Positions 1 to 9,173 of a stretch of DNA of 24,424 nt are shown here, piece by piece. Position numbers and translations under genes: made by a program. Source of the DNA: Candidatus Odinarchaeota archaeon (lineage in GTDB: Archaea; Asgardarchaeota; Odinarchaeia; Odinarchaeales; Odinarchaeaceae); the NCBI GenBank assembly GCA_038826135.1, contig JAWBON010000016.1, positions 1-24,424 on the forward strand, read 5' to 3'. Each line of letters opens with the position of its first letter. Positions within the stretch are counted from its first letter, which is position 1. Under the pieces are notes generated by a model, which made no database searches, had not been told where the DNA came from, and saw only the letters and a list, made by a program, of their open reading frames with translations.

Positions 1-279
1 GCATTAGGGGATCACAATGCTGTTATACCCAGATGGCCTAACGGCTTCATAGAACCACTTTTCGCCGTATACCGTAAAGAAGCCTTAGAACAAAGTATCA
101 GGCAGGTTTTATCTGAGGGAAGGTTTGAACTGACGCGAATGGTTTCCAAACTAAGCAAAGTACTATATTTCTCAACCATGGTTATAGAGAAATTTAACCC
201 TAAGCTGGATTGTTTCCTTAACGTGAACACACCTCTCGATTACGAGAAGTGTTTGAAAAAGATTAAACCTTCATTTTAG
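1..279 (+). CDS. mobA: Molybdenum cofactor guanylyltransferase (MobA-like), 5'-truncated by window edge
   Basis: Frame 1 is open from base 1 to TAG at 277-279 (not in ORF track because it has no start). It reads ALGDHNAVIPRWPNGFIEPLFAVY...CFLNVNTPLDYEK, with the MobA-type EPL-A-Y and FxNVNTP motifs. Confidence 0.8.
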   Translation, partial: ALGDHNAVIPRWPNGFIEPLFAVYRKEALEQSIRQVLSEGRFELTRMVSKLSKVLYFSTMVIEKFNPKLDCFLNVNTPLDYEKCLKKIKPSF

Positions 280-289
280 GAGGTGTAGT

Positions 290-1039
290 ATGATACAGGT
301 TATACCGGTACCAGGCATCCCGGTTTTAAATCCGGGAGATGATATTGTTAAAACTATTTACGAAGCTTTGAAAAATAATCCTGTTAAACTATTAGACGAT
401 GACATCATCGTCATAGCTCATAAAATAGTTTCAAGGGCCACACGCAGGTTGGTGAAACTATCAGATGTTAAACCTGGGAAACACGCTTTGAAAATAGCAG
501 GTAAAATGGGGGAGGATCCGAGAAAAATACAGGTGATTCTTAACGAATCTTGCCGGATCATTAAAAGCACCAGTAAGCATTTGATAACTGAAAATAAACT
601 AGGATTTATATGTGCTAACGCTGGTGTTGATCGCTCCAACTCCTATCCTGGAGAGTATGTTATACTCCCCCCTGTTGACCCTGATAAAATATGTGAAGAT
701 ATTAGAGTCTTCATAGAGGATAAGATGGGTGTTCGAATCGGTGTGATAATGTCTGACACTCACGGGCGAGCGTTAAGAAGGGGTGCTGTCGGTGTTTGCA
801 TAGGTGTGTCAGGTATACCTGCGCTGATAAGCCATAAGGGGAGAAAGGACATTTTCGGCTATGAGTTGAAGGTTACAGAGATAGCTATCGCCGATGAAAT
901 AGCCTCTGCAGCGGAGCTAGTTATAGGAGAATCTGATGAGAAAACCCCGGTAGCAATAATAAGAGGTTTAACATTAAATCCAGCGAAGTCATCGCACATG
1001 GACCTCATATATCCGCCTGAAGATAGATTATTCTACTAG
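290..1039 (+). CDS. cofE: Coenzyme F420-0:L-glutamate ligase
   Basis: PGIPxxxPGDD N-terminus, IVIAHKIVSRA, ANAGVDxSN, SDTHGRALRRG, IADEIASAAELVIGE..E..PVAIIRG. SD GGAGGTG at 279-285. Confidence 0.9.
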   Translation: MIQVIPVPGIPVLNPGDDIVKTIYEALKNNPVKLLDDDIIVIAHKIVSRATRRLVKLSDVKPGKHALKIAGKMGEDPRKIQVILNESCRIIKSTSKHLITENKLGFICANAGVDRSNSYPGEYVILPPVDPDKICEDIRVFIEDKMGVRIGVIMSDTHGRALRRGAVGVCIGVSGIPALISHKGRKDIFGYELKVTEIAIADEIASAAELVIGESDEKTPVAIIRGLTLNPAKSSHMDLIYPPEDRLFY

Positions 1040-1058
1040 TTTTAATATTCGAAAACTA
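1037..1058 (+). terminator. Short hairpin at cofE stop, possible terminator
   Basis: TAGTTTT-N8-AAAACTA 7-bp inverted repeat overlapping the stop codon. Confidence 0.3.
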
Positions 1059-1173
1059 ACGCTAGCAGCCACCTCGTATTCTACTCGGAGACGGTTTTGA
1101 AAAATTCGCGTATAGTGGTTGATGATAAGCTTTTTAAGAAACCTGTTTTAAAGTATTTACACGGTGAAAAACC

Positions 1174-2196
1174 ATGGTTAATGTAGGCATAGCCGGTTAC
1201 GGAACTATAGGTAAACGCGTAGCTGAAGCTGTTATGAAATCCGATGATATGAAGCTTGTCGGGATAACTAAGACATCACCGGACTACAGCGCCTATCTAG
1301 CTAAAAATAAAGGTATAAAAGTGTACGCTCACAGCCAGGAGGATATCGCCAACTTTGAGAAAGCAGGCTTCAAAGTAGAGGGAACAGTGAAAGACCTGTT
1401 AAGTAAAATTGATATAATAGTTGACACCGCCCCTGGAAAGAAAGGAGCTGAAAACAAACAGCTTTACGAGGCTGCCGGGGTGAAGATGATATTTCAAGGA
1501 GGGGAGAAAGCTAACATCGCAGAAGTAAGCTTCAACGCTCAAGCTAACTATGATAAAGCGTGGGGTAAAAAAATTGTTCGCGTTGTCTCATGTAACACTA
1601 CAGGTTTAAGCCGTGTTCTTAACGCGTTACACTCTAAAATAGGTGTTAAACAAGCTAAAGTAGTGTTAATCCGGCGGACATGTGATCCTAAAGAGCTGAA
1701 AGGGCTTGTAAACGCGATTCAACCAGAGATGAAGATGCCGAGCCATCACGGACCAGACTTAAACACGGTTATCCCTGATGTAAAAATAGAGAGCCTAGCA
1801 GTGGTGGTTCCCAGCACACTTATGCACCTGCACACTTTAATGGTCGAATTCAAAAAAGAAACCACTCGCGAGGAACTTATAGATCTTATGAAGAATACCC
1901 GTCGGCTAATACTTGTTAAAGGCGAGCACGGGTTAACATCAACTAATACAATAATAGAACTTGCACGTGATCTCGGAAGACCAAGATATGATTTACCGGA
2001 AGTGGTTATGTGGGAGGACACTATAAACGTTAAAGAAGGCTGGGGCTATCTAGTTTACGCAGTTCACCAAGAAGCAATAGTACAACCCGAAAACATAGAT
2101 GCGATAAGAGCCATGAATAAAATGCTTCCAAAGGAAGAAAGCATTAAGAAAACAGATGCCTCACTAGGCCTAGTTCACGGATACCTTTACAAATAA
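1174..2196 (+). CDS. gap: Archaeal type II glyceraldehyde-3-phosphate dehydrogenase (phosphorylating)
   Basis: GYGTIGKRVA Rossmann motif, FQGGEK, catalytic VSCNTTG, SHHGPD, HQEAIVxPENIDAIRAM. Confidence 0.95.
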   Translation: MVNVGIAGYGTIGKRVAEAVMKSDDMKLVGITKTSPDYSAYLAKNKGIKVYAHSQEDIANFEKAGFKVEGTVKDLLSKIDIIVDTAPGKKGAENKQLYEAAGVKMIFQGGEKANIAEVSFNAQANYDKAWGKKIVRVVSCNTTGLSRVLNALHSKIGVKQAKVVLIRRTCDPKELKGLVNAIQPEMKMPSHHGPDLNTVIPDVKIESLAVVVPSTLMHLHTLMVEFKKETTREELIDLMKNTRRLILVKGEHGLTSTNTIIELARDLGRPRYDLPEVVMWEDTINVKEGWGYLVYAVHQEAIVQPENIDAIRAMNKMLPKEESIKKTDASLGLVHGYLYK

Positions 2197-2438
2197 AATT
2201 CATTTTCAAATTTCCTCTTCTATTTTTCATATATAAACCGCTAATTTTAAAATAAAATTTAAAATTATTTTCTCTACTCAAATAACTTAGCTGAAAAACT
2301 ATTAATAAATTCAAAAACGCTTTCATATTTTAAAAAGCAGCTATTAACAAGAATAAGGGTTAAAACCACTAAACTAAAAAAGCTGACACTAATATTAATA
2401 TTCCTATTCCACCAACTTTAAGAAGAGGAGATATTAAA

Positions 2439-5360
2439 ATGTCAAGTGAAAGAGTACCCGTAAATAAAATTAATGATAACATCTGGCAGATACCTAAAAC
2501 ATATAAGGATTGTATGCGCGTTCCCGGCATACTCTACGCTGACGAAGACCTCTTAGAACATATTAAACAAGATCTCACACTAGAGCAACTAGCTAATGTA
2601 GCATGTCTGCCAGGCGTTCTCAAACACGCTCTAGCCATGCCAGACGCTCATCAAGGATACGGTTTCCCAATAGGCGGAGTAGCTGCAACAGACTACTCTA
2701 CAGGAGTTATCTCACCAGGAGGCGTGGGATATGATATTAACTGCCTTAGTCCAAATTCAAGGATACTTACAGAAAACGGTTATTGGGTTAGACTAGAAGA
2801 ATTACCTGGAAAAGCTAGGGCTGAAAGAATAAAAATTTATAATGATAGGGAAGGGCATAACGATTCAACTCCGATTCTATTTATTTCAACAAGAAATATA
2901 CATAGAAGTGAAGCCGCTTTAAAAATCACAACACAATGTGGCAGAAATATTGAAGGAAGCTCAGACCACCCTATTTTAACTTCAAAAGGCTATAAAATAA
3001 TGAGAGAAATTAACAAAAACGATTATCTGGTTGTAAACCCGTTTGAAGGAGTTGAATATGAAGAGAAAGATTTAATCATATTAGATGAAAATGATTTCAA
3101 AGATTACGATAAACAAATAATCAAATATCTTAAGGAAAGGGATTTAATCCCTTTAAAAATGAACGATCCGAGGATAGGCGTTATTGCAAGAATTTTAGGT
3201 TTCTCGTTAGGAGATGGGTCAATAGTTAAATCTGAAAATAGAAGAGAACGCTATATCACCTATTTTTATGCTCGTAAAAGCGAATTAGAAGAAGTATCGA
3301 AAGACCTAGAAAAATTAAGGATTAAAGCATCTAAAATCTACTCTAGGAGCAGGCTGATTTGTATAAAAACCCCCTGGGGTAAAATGTATAAATCTAACTG
3401 CACGGATAACACTATAAAAATTTCTTCCAATGCATTCAGCTTATTATTAAATAAACTTGGTATGCCCATAGGCCGAAAAACTGAACATGAATATGGAGTA
3501 CCAGGATGGATAGTTAAATCACCTTTATGGGTTAAGAGAAACTTTCTGGCAGGTTTATTCGGAGCTGATGGCAGTGTAATCAATTTTAAATCCTATACGC
3601 CGCTACCAATTAATTTTACTCAATCAAGGAAAAAAGAGTTTGAACCAAATCTTCTAGCGTTCTTAAACGAAATTAAGAATATTTTAGAAGACTTCGGTGT
3701 TAAAAGCATTATCTACCATATTAAATCGGTGAAAGGGAGAGTAACTTATAGAATTGCTATAGAAGGTGAAGAAAACCTGAGATGTTTTTTAGCTAAAATC
3801 AATTACGAATACTCACCTGATAAAAAACAGGAAGGGTTAATTGCTTTAGAATATCTGAAAAGAAAAGCAGATGTTCTAAAAATTAGGAAAATTTCAGCGG
3901 AGAAAGCTAAAAAAATATACGAAGAAACTGGGAGCGTCAAAAAATCTTTCAATCAGGTTGCTGGAAAATACGTTAATAGAAGATTTATTGAAAGAGCAAT
4001 ACACGAAGGGGATAAAAAGATCAGAGTATCTCAAGAATTCCTTTCATTCAAAGAATTTCGAGAAAAATTTAGCTTAAAAGGTGGTTTCATATTAGACAGG
4101 GTAATAAGAATTCAAAAAATTAAACCCGTTTACACCAGTTTTTATGATATAGGTGTTCCCCACCCATCCCATAACTTCATCGCTAATGGAATAATCGTTC
4201 ACAATTGTGGGGTAAGGGTTGTGTCAACTAATCTTAAAGTTGATGAGGTTCGACCTAGGGTAAATGAGTTGGTTGATCTGCTTTTTAGGGAGATTCCCAG
4301 CGGGCTTGCGAGTAAGGGTAAGATTAGAGTGTCTGTTGGTGAGTTGAATGATGTTATTGCTGGTGGTGCTAAGTGGGCTGTTGAACACGGTTACGGTTGG
4401 CATGAGGATTTGAAGCATTGTGAGGAGAATGGTTGTATGAAGACAGCTGACCCGGAGGCGATTTCACCGAAAGCTAAGGAGCGTGGTAAAAGTCAGATTG
4501 GTAGTTTGGGGAGTGGTAATCATTTTCTAGAAGTTCAATATGTGGAGAGGATTTTTAACCCTCAGGTGGCTAAAAGATTCGGTATCAATGAGACTGGGCA
4601 GGTTCTTGTAATGATTCACACCGGCTCTAGGGGTTTAGGTCATGAGACATGTTCCGATTATCTTAGATTAATGGAGATGGCTATTAAAAAATTTAATATT
4701 AAGCTGCCTGACAGGGAGCTTGCGTGTGCTCCTAATAATAGTGATGAAGCTGAAAAATATTTTAAAGCTATGAGCGGGGCTGCTAATTTCGCATGGTGTA
4801 ACCGTCAGCTTATAACTCACTGGACTCGTGAATCTTTTAAACATGTTTTTAAAACAGATCCTGAGGATCTTGGTATGAACACGATATATGATGTAGCGCA
4901 TAACATAGCTAAACTAGAGGAGCATGATATTGACGGTAAAAAGGTTAAATGCTATGTTCATAGAAAGGGGGCTACAAGAGCCTTCCCTCCAGGTCACCCT
5001 GACATACCAGCTGATTATAGGGATATAGGGCAGCCTGTTATTTTACCTGGAACGATGGGTACTTCAAGTTATATATTGGTTGGCACCCCTAAGTCGATGG
5101 AGATAAGCTTCGGTTCAACCGCTCATGGAGCAGGGCGGCTTCTCAGTAGGATAAAGGCTGTGAAAAGCTTTTCAGCGCATGATGTTAAAGCTAAGCTTTC
5201 AACTAAGAATATTGTTATAAGAGCGGCTGATCTGAAAGTGATAAGTGAAGAGGCACCTGGCGCGTACAAGGATATTGACAAGGTTGCCAAGATCTCGAAC
5301 GCTGTAGGTATAGCCACTCTTGTAGCTCAGATGAAGCCTATAGGTGTTACTAAAGGTTAA
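2439..5360 (+). CDS. rtcB: RNA-splicing ligase RtcB precursor (973 aa; about 485 aa after intein removal)
   Basis: MPDAHQGYGFPIGGV, GGVGYDIN|CG split by an intein, GSLGSGNHFLE, HTGSRG, YDVAHN, HRKGATRA, PGTMG, STAHGAGR, EEAPGAYK. Confidence 0.96.
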   Translation: MSSERVPVNKINDNIWQIPKTYKDCMRVPGILYADEDLLEHIKQDLTLEQLANVACLPGVLKHALAMPDAHQGYGFPIGGVAATDYSTGVISPGGVGYDINCLSPNSRILTENGYWVRLEELPGKARAERIKIYNDREGHNDSTPILFISTRNIHRSEAALKITTQCGRNIEGSSDHPILTSKGYKIMREINKNDYLVVNPFEGVEYEEKDLIILDENDFKDYDKQIIKYLKERDLIPLKMNDPRIGVIARILGFSLGDGSIVKSENRRERYITYFYARKSELEEVSKDLEKLRIKASKIYSRSRLICIKTPWGKMYKSNCTDNTIKISSNAFSLLLNKLGMPIGRKTEHEYGVPGWIVKSPLWVKRNFLAGLFGADGSVINFKSYTPLPINFTQSRKKEFEPNLLAFLNEIKNILEDFGVKSIIYHIKSVKGRVTYRIAIEGEENLRCFLAKINYEYSPDKKQEGLIALEYLKRKADVLKIRKISAEKAKKIYEETGSVKKSFNQVAGKYVNRRFIERAIHEGDKKIRVSQEFLSFKEFREKFSLKGGFILDRVIRIQKIKPVYTSFYDIGVPHPSHNFIANGIIVHNCGVRVVSTNLKVDEVRPRVNELVDLLFREIPSGLASKGKIRVSVGELNDVIAGGAKWAVEHGYGWHEDLKHCEENGCMKTADPEAISPKAKERGKSQIGSLGSGNHFLEVQYVERIFNPQVAKRFGINETGQVLVMIHTGSRGLGHETCSDYLRLMEMAIKKFNIKLPDRELACAPNNSDEAEKYFKAMSGAANFAWCNRQLITHWTRESFKHVFKTDPEDLGMNTIYDVAHNIAKLEEHDIDGKKVKCYVHRKGATRAFPPGHPDIPADYRDIGQPVILPGTMGTSSYILVGTPKSMEISFGSTAHGAGRLLSRIKAVKSFSAHDVKAKLSTKNIVIRAADLKVISEEAPGAYKDIDKVAKISNAVGIATLVAQMKPIGVTKG
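2742..4205 (+). mobile_element. Intein (488 aa) with LAGLIDADG homing endonuclease in rtcB
   Basis: Begins CLSPNSRILT (TGC at 2742) and ends HNFIANGIIVHN (AAT at 4203-4205), followed by Cys+1 (TGT 4206). Block B SDHPILT, two dodecapeptide motifs RILGFSLGDGS and FLAGLFGADGS, block F FYDIGV. Confidence 0.94.
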
Positions 5361-5364
5361 ACGG

Positions 5365-6258
5365 CTACTCTAATAGGTTTTTCAAGTAAATTCTACCGGA
5401 TCCCAGTTTACCACCATAGTTGGCAGCCGTTATCTCGAGAACACCTTCAACTGAGGCTGCTGCTAAAATACCTTTTTTCATCGCCTCGCTGACGGTGTCT
5501 ATATTGGAGCCGTTGATAACAATCTCGTACACTGTTGAAGCGGAGTCCGGTAGCTCTGAGTCGGCTACAATATTTTTTAAAGATGGGCATAATCGATGAT
5601 TTATAGAAGCGGGCATTCCCTTATATTTTAATGAGCCCGGTTTAGAGCCGCTTCTGCATATTCCCCCCGGGAAAGATGTTATAACATATGGTAGCTTATG
5701 TATTTCTGTGACGGCGTTTTTAGCAGCTTTTAAACAGCTAGTTCTGTCACTGGCTATGATTATGAAATTGCCTCCAGCAACCCCTTCAGCTATTCTGAAA
5801 GAATCTTCTATGATGAATTCACCATCCATCATAGGTAGCCGCCACACGTCTCTTCCGAGCATTTTATCTTTTCTCTGCCATCCGTCTCCGAAGAATGATA
5901 TGTAACGGCCTGTATTCACCGACTCCCCTTCTTCTAAACCGTTGAAAACAGAGGCTGTCGGGGTTGTTAACACACATTGAGACAGCCGTTTATCAAGTTC
6001 TTTTTTCAAAGAATCTCTATCTTTAGCGAACAACATAACAGTCGCGCCCACTCTTCTATCCGGGGTTTTATTACTAGGCAGATATGAGTCAACACCAGCC
6101 TCACAGGGGCACAGGATAACGCTTGTAGCGAAACCTGTAATCGAATTTAAAGCATATCCTAGTAGCTCCGAATCATCAGCTGTTATAATAACACGGGAGT
6201 ATACCATATTGAATGTTTCAGCGAATGTTTCTTTAACCACTACTTTACCCAGCCGCAT
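5365..6258 (-). CDS. ftr: Formylmethanofuran--tetrahydromethanopterin N-formyltransferase
   Basis: ETFAETF, TGFATSVILCPCEAG, QCVLTxPT, GVAGGNF, GGICRSGSK, EIVING, NYGGKLG. Start placed at ATG 6258 behind SD AGGTG rather than the GTG at 6267. Confidence 0.92.
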   Translation of the reverse strand: MRLGKVVVKETFAETFNMVYSRVIITADDSELLGYALNSITGFATSVILCPCEAGVDSYLPSNKTPDRRVGATVMLFAKDRDSLKKELDKRLSQCVLTTPTASVFNGLEEGESVNTGRYISFFGDGWQRKDKMLGRDVWRLPMMDGEFIIEDSFRIAEGVAGGNFIIIASDRTSCLKAAKNAVTEIHKLPYVITSFPGGICRSGSKPGSLKYKGMPASINHRLCPSLKNIVADSELPDSASTVYEIVINGSNIDTVSEAMKKGILAAASVEGVLEITAANYGGKLGSGRIYLKNLLE

Positions 6259-6285
6259 ATGAAACACCTATTAAAAGATTTGACA

Positions 6286-7104
6286 CTATCCGCTTAAAAG
6301 CATCATTAAATCTGCAAGGTAGGCGCTATTTGGGGCTGCTATAAAAGAGAATGTGGATGCGTGTTTAAGAGATGGATTAAACTCTAAACCGTTTATGTCG
6401 CGGAATAAACCCCCCGCCTCCTCTAAAATTAACTTAGCCGCTGAGATGTCAACAACCCTTGAGACGCCTCTGAAATCTATGCAAGCGTCTATTCGGCCGG
6501 CTGCTACGTAACATAATTCTAGGGCCTGGCTTCCAAGCGTTCGAATCTTAGCGGCTCTGGTGATCTTAACATACTTGTCAAAGTTAATATTAGCGCGATA
6601 AGCGTACAGACTTATCAGACTGTTATCCGCTTTTGATACACTGCTTGTATTAATGCGCTTACCATCCTCGTAGGAGCCTTTACCGCGTTCAGCGTGAAAA
6701 GTTGTGTTACTGTATATGTCTTTAACAAGGGCTACGTTAACAGAGCTTGTTCGAATAGAATCCTTGTATTCACCTAAAGCTAGAGAAGTTGAAAAGAAAG
6801 GTATCCGCTGCAGAGCGTTTCGCGTCCCGTCAACAGGGTCAAGCACGATAAATATCTCAGGCTCCCCTTCGCCGATAACCTTCTCCCCAACCTCTTCACT
6901 GATAAGATATGTGGGCACTTCCTCCTCCTCTATTATTTTCATCGTTATATCTTCAGCGATCTTATCAATTCTACGGGTAAACTGCATGCTGGGATTTAAA
7001 CCCAACTTCTCCGAGAAAACATCGAACCCTCTCTCTATTAGTTTAATCACGCCCTCTCTTACTTGGCTGCTGATCTTCTTTAAAAGATTCAGATAATCAA
7101 GCAT
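6286..7104 (-). CDS. suhB: Inositol monophosphatase / FBPase (FIG superfamily)
   Basis: IDKIAE, SEEVG, metal-binding LDPVDGT, RTLGSQALELCYVAAG, DISAAKLILEEAGG. Confidence 0.87.
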   Translation of the reverse strand: MLDYLNLLKKISSQVREGVIKLIERGFDVFSEKLGLNPSMQFTRRIDKIAEDITMKIIEEEEVPTYLISEEVGEKVIGEGEPEIFIVLDPVDGTRNALQRIPFFSTSLALGEYKDSIRTSSVNVALVKDIYSNTTFHAERGKGSYEDGKRINTSSVSKADNSLISLYAYRANINFDKYVKITRAAKIRTLGSQALELCYVAAGRIDACIDFRGVSRVVDISAAKLILEEAGGLFRDINGLEFNPSLKHASTFSFIAAPNSAYLADLMMLLSG

Positions 7105-7114
7105 ATATTAACCT

Positions 7115-7669
7115 CTATTCAGAGAATAATTCAATAATTTTTCTAAGTATTATATTAGCCTCCTCTTCAACAGTTAACTTATCAGATTCAACAACTATCT
7201 CAGGTTTAAGCGGCTCCTCGTACGGTGCTTGAACCCCCGGTACACTTTTACTTTTACCCGTTTTAGCTCCTTCATATATATTTGCAGGCGCTGAACGCGT
7301 GTTTACACGTTTACTCTCTCTTATAATCGCTACATTAAGAGGGCATTTAATATACGCCTCCATAAAATTCGGTATTATCCTCCTAGCTAGATCCCGGTAT
7401 CTTCTAAGATTACCTGTCGCATCTATTATAACACTTATATTATTTCTTGTTAACACCATCGCCAGATAAGATATTGAATTATAGAGTATCTGTCTCTCCT
7501 CATCAGTGTATTTAGGGTTCGGCGTCACCAGTCTGCGCATTTCATCCATTCTCAGGATTTCAACTTTTACAGAGGCCTCCTCTAAAAGTTTTTTCAATTT
7601 TTCAGATACGACAGATTTACCTGAACCCGGTAAACCGGTAACCCATACCGTGAATGGTTTAACCTTCAT
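7115..7669 (-). CDS. cysC: Adenylyl-sulfate kinase-like P-loop kinase
   Basis: WVTGLPGSGKS Walker A, IIDAT, C-terminal PGVQAPYEEPLKPE typical of APS kinases. Start at ATG 7669, directly after the upstream stop. Confidence 0.75.
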   Translation of the reverse strand: MKVKPFTVWVTGLPGSGKSVVSEKLKKLLEEASVKVEILRMDEMRRLVTPNPKYTDEERQILYNSISYLAMVLTRNNISVIIDATGNLRRYRDLARRIIPNFMEAYIKCPLNVAIIRESKRVNTRSAPANIYEGAKTGKSKSVPGVQAPYEEPLKPEIVVESDKLTVEEEANIILRKIIELFSE

Positions 7670-7670
7670 T

Positions 7671-8768
7671 TCATAACCTCTCAAACATGGATGGAACATC
7701 ACTTAACACTAGTTGATCCCTTGATAGAACAGCGTGTATGAAATTGAATATTTTACGACGGATTTTATTTTCGAGTTTAGGATACCATATGGGGGAGGCT
7801 ACCACTAGGCCTCTCCAAGCATAGAATGGAGCTATAACCTTGAGAATCTCCCGGTCTCCGGTTTTCTCAAGATACTTATTCCAGAAAGTGTTGAAAAGCG
7901 TAAGGAACGGGCCTTCAACCCTACCTTTTGTTTGAAGAGCGTAGAATAAATAGTTAATAGTTATACTAGCCACGTCATCCGCAGCTTCACCCCACTCCCC
8001 TCTACTTCTATCTATAACAGTGAAGTCGACTCCCTCCCGGAACAGTATATTCCAAGGATGAAAATCACCGTGCACCTGGCATAGCCTACCTGTCTTATAT
8101 TTAATCTTATACCTGTAGTCAATACACTTCTTCTCTATCTCTCTCAGCTCATCCGCGTCTGTGAAGTCTAGTTTAGCCGGATAACTGTCTGTTAAACCCA
8201 TAAGACACTCTCCGTGACCAATTAAATCCCTGATCCGTCTAATGTAAAGCGTCTCTTCCCCGCTCTTCAACTGGTGGATTGAAGCCAGATACTCTGCAAG
8301 AGCTTCAGCCCTTTCAACGTCTAAGCTTGTTAAAACACCCGTTGACTTAACCCTCTCCAAGTCAAGATAATAGAGTTTCCCCTCAACTTTCTCCGTGATT
8401 ATAAAGAATTCCTCCGCCTCACCGAGGGATATTATACCACCATCCCTTGTGAAAGCGCCCACATCAACTGATCTAGCATGCCTGGGTAGTTTATTAAAAC
8501 AGGAGTGAGCTAGTAATAGGGATTGAGCTCGATCTGAGAAATGATCATGTCCGAATATATTCTTAGTCATCGATGATAATACTAAACTCTTAAACTGGCC
8601 TTTAATCTCAAACTCTATTAGCAGTGTTTTCCCGTAGCCGAACTCTTTTAAGCCTTCAGAGGCCAGCGCCTCCTTGTTTATAGGACCTAGATAAAGTATT
8701 TTAACAGGCGACTTATATAATTCCTTCAAGTATTTCATCAGTCTCTGCGTGAATACCTCAGGATCCAA
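7671..8768 (-). CDS. Aminoglycoside/choline phosphotransferase (APH) family kinase
   Basis: Brenner motif HGDFHPWNILF and metal-binding IDRSRG. TTG start with SD GGAGGG. Confidence 0.75.
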   Translation of the reverse strand: MDPEVFTQRLMKYLKELYKSPVKILYLGPINKEALASEGLKEFGYGKTLLIEFEIKGQFKSLVLSSMTKNIFGHDHFSDRAQSLLLAHSCFNKLPRHARSVDVGAFTRDGGIISLGEAEEFFIITEKVEGKLYYLDLERVKSTGVLTSLDVERAEALAEYLASIHQLKSGEETLYIRRIRDLIGHGECLMGLTDSYPAKLDFTDADELREIEKKCIDYRYKIKYKTGRLCQVHGDFHPWNILFREGVDFTVIDRSRGEWGEAADDVASITINYLFYALQTKGRVEGPFLTLFNTFWNKYLEKTGDREILKVIAPFYAWRGLVVASPIWYPKLENKIRRKIFNFIHAVLSRDQLVLSDVPSMFERL

Positions 8769-8809
8769 CCGTAACCCTCCCTACTATAATCTAGTCTTTT
8801 ATACTACTT

Positions 8810-8821
8810 CTGGTTAACCAG
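8810..8821. promoter_or_regulatory. Perfect 12-bp palindrome in divergent promoter region
   Basis: CTGGTTAACCAG between AT-rich TATA-like tracts of two divergent units. Confidence 0.35.
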
Positions 8822-8864
8822 TATAAATAAATTTATAATATCAGGTAATTTTTAGAATAGGTGG

Positions 8865-9164
8865 ATGAATATGGCTGTGAAAAACTTTGACACTGTTTTA
8901 AATAATTTATACCAGTATACTTGTATCGGTTTAATTATCCTGGCTTTCATAATAGGTGGGCTTGGATTACTAGACCTGCTTTCAAAGCAGGTGGCTGTGC
9001 CTTTAATAATTTTCGCAATAATCGAGTTCGCGCTCACTTTAGGAATCCGACTATATCAAAGCGATGTTAAAAAGTCGAGTCTGGATAGAAAAAGAATATT
9101 CTATAATTGGATAGGTGTAACTGCATTTTTAATTGTGATAACCATTCTAGCAGCCTTACTCTAA
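8865..9164 (+). CDS. Small membrane protein, about 3 TM helices, unknown function
   Basis: Three hydrophobic stretches, SD AGGTGG before ATG, 9-nt spacing to the moaE ORF. Confidence 0.7.
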   Translation: MNMAVKNFDTVLNNLYQYTCIGLIILAFIIGGLGLLDLLSKQVAVPLIIFAIIEFALTLGIRLYQSDVKKSSLDRKRIFYNWIGVTAFLIVITILAALL

Positions 9165-9173
9165 GCTGTTGAT

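Noticed and set aside
2197-2438. 242-nt very AT-rich intergenic region (origin or ncRNA?)
   Set aside because: No repeats, ORB, C/D boxes or stable stems found. Consistent with gap terminator plus rtcB promoter. The 2144-2326 ORF is low-complexity and overlaps gap.
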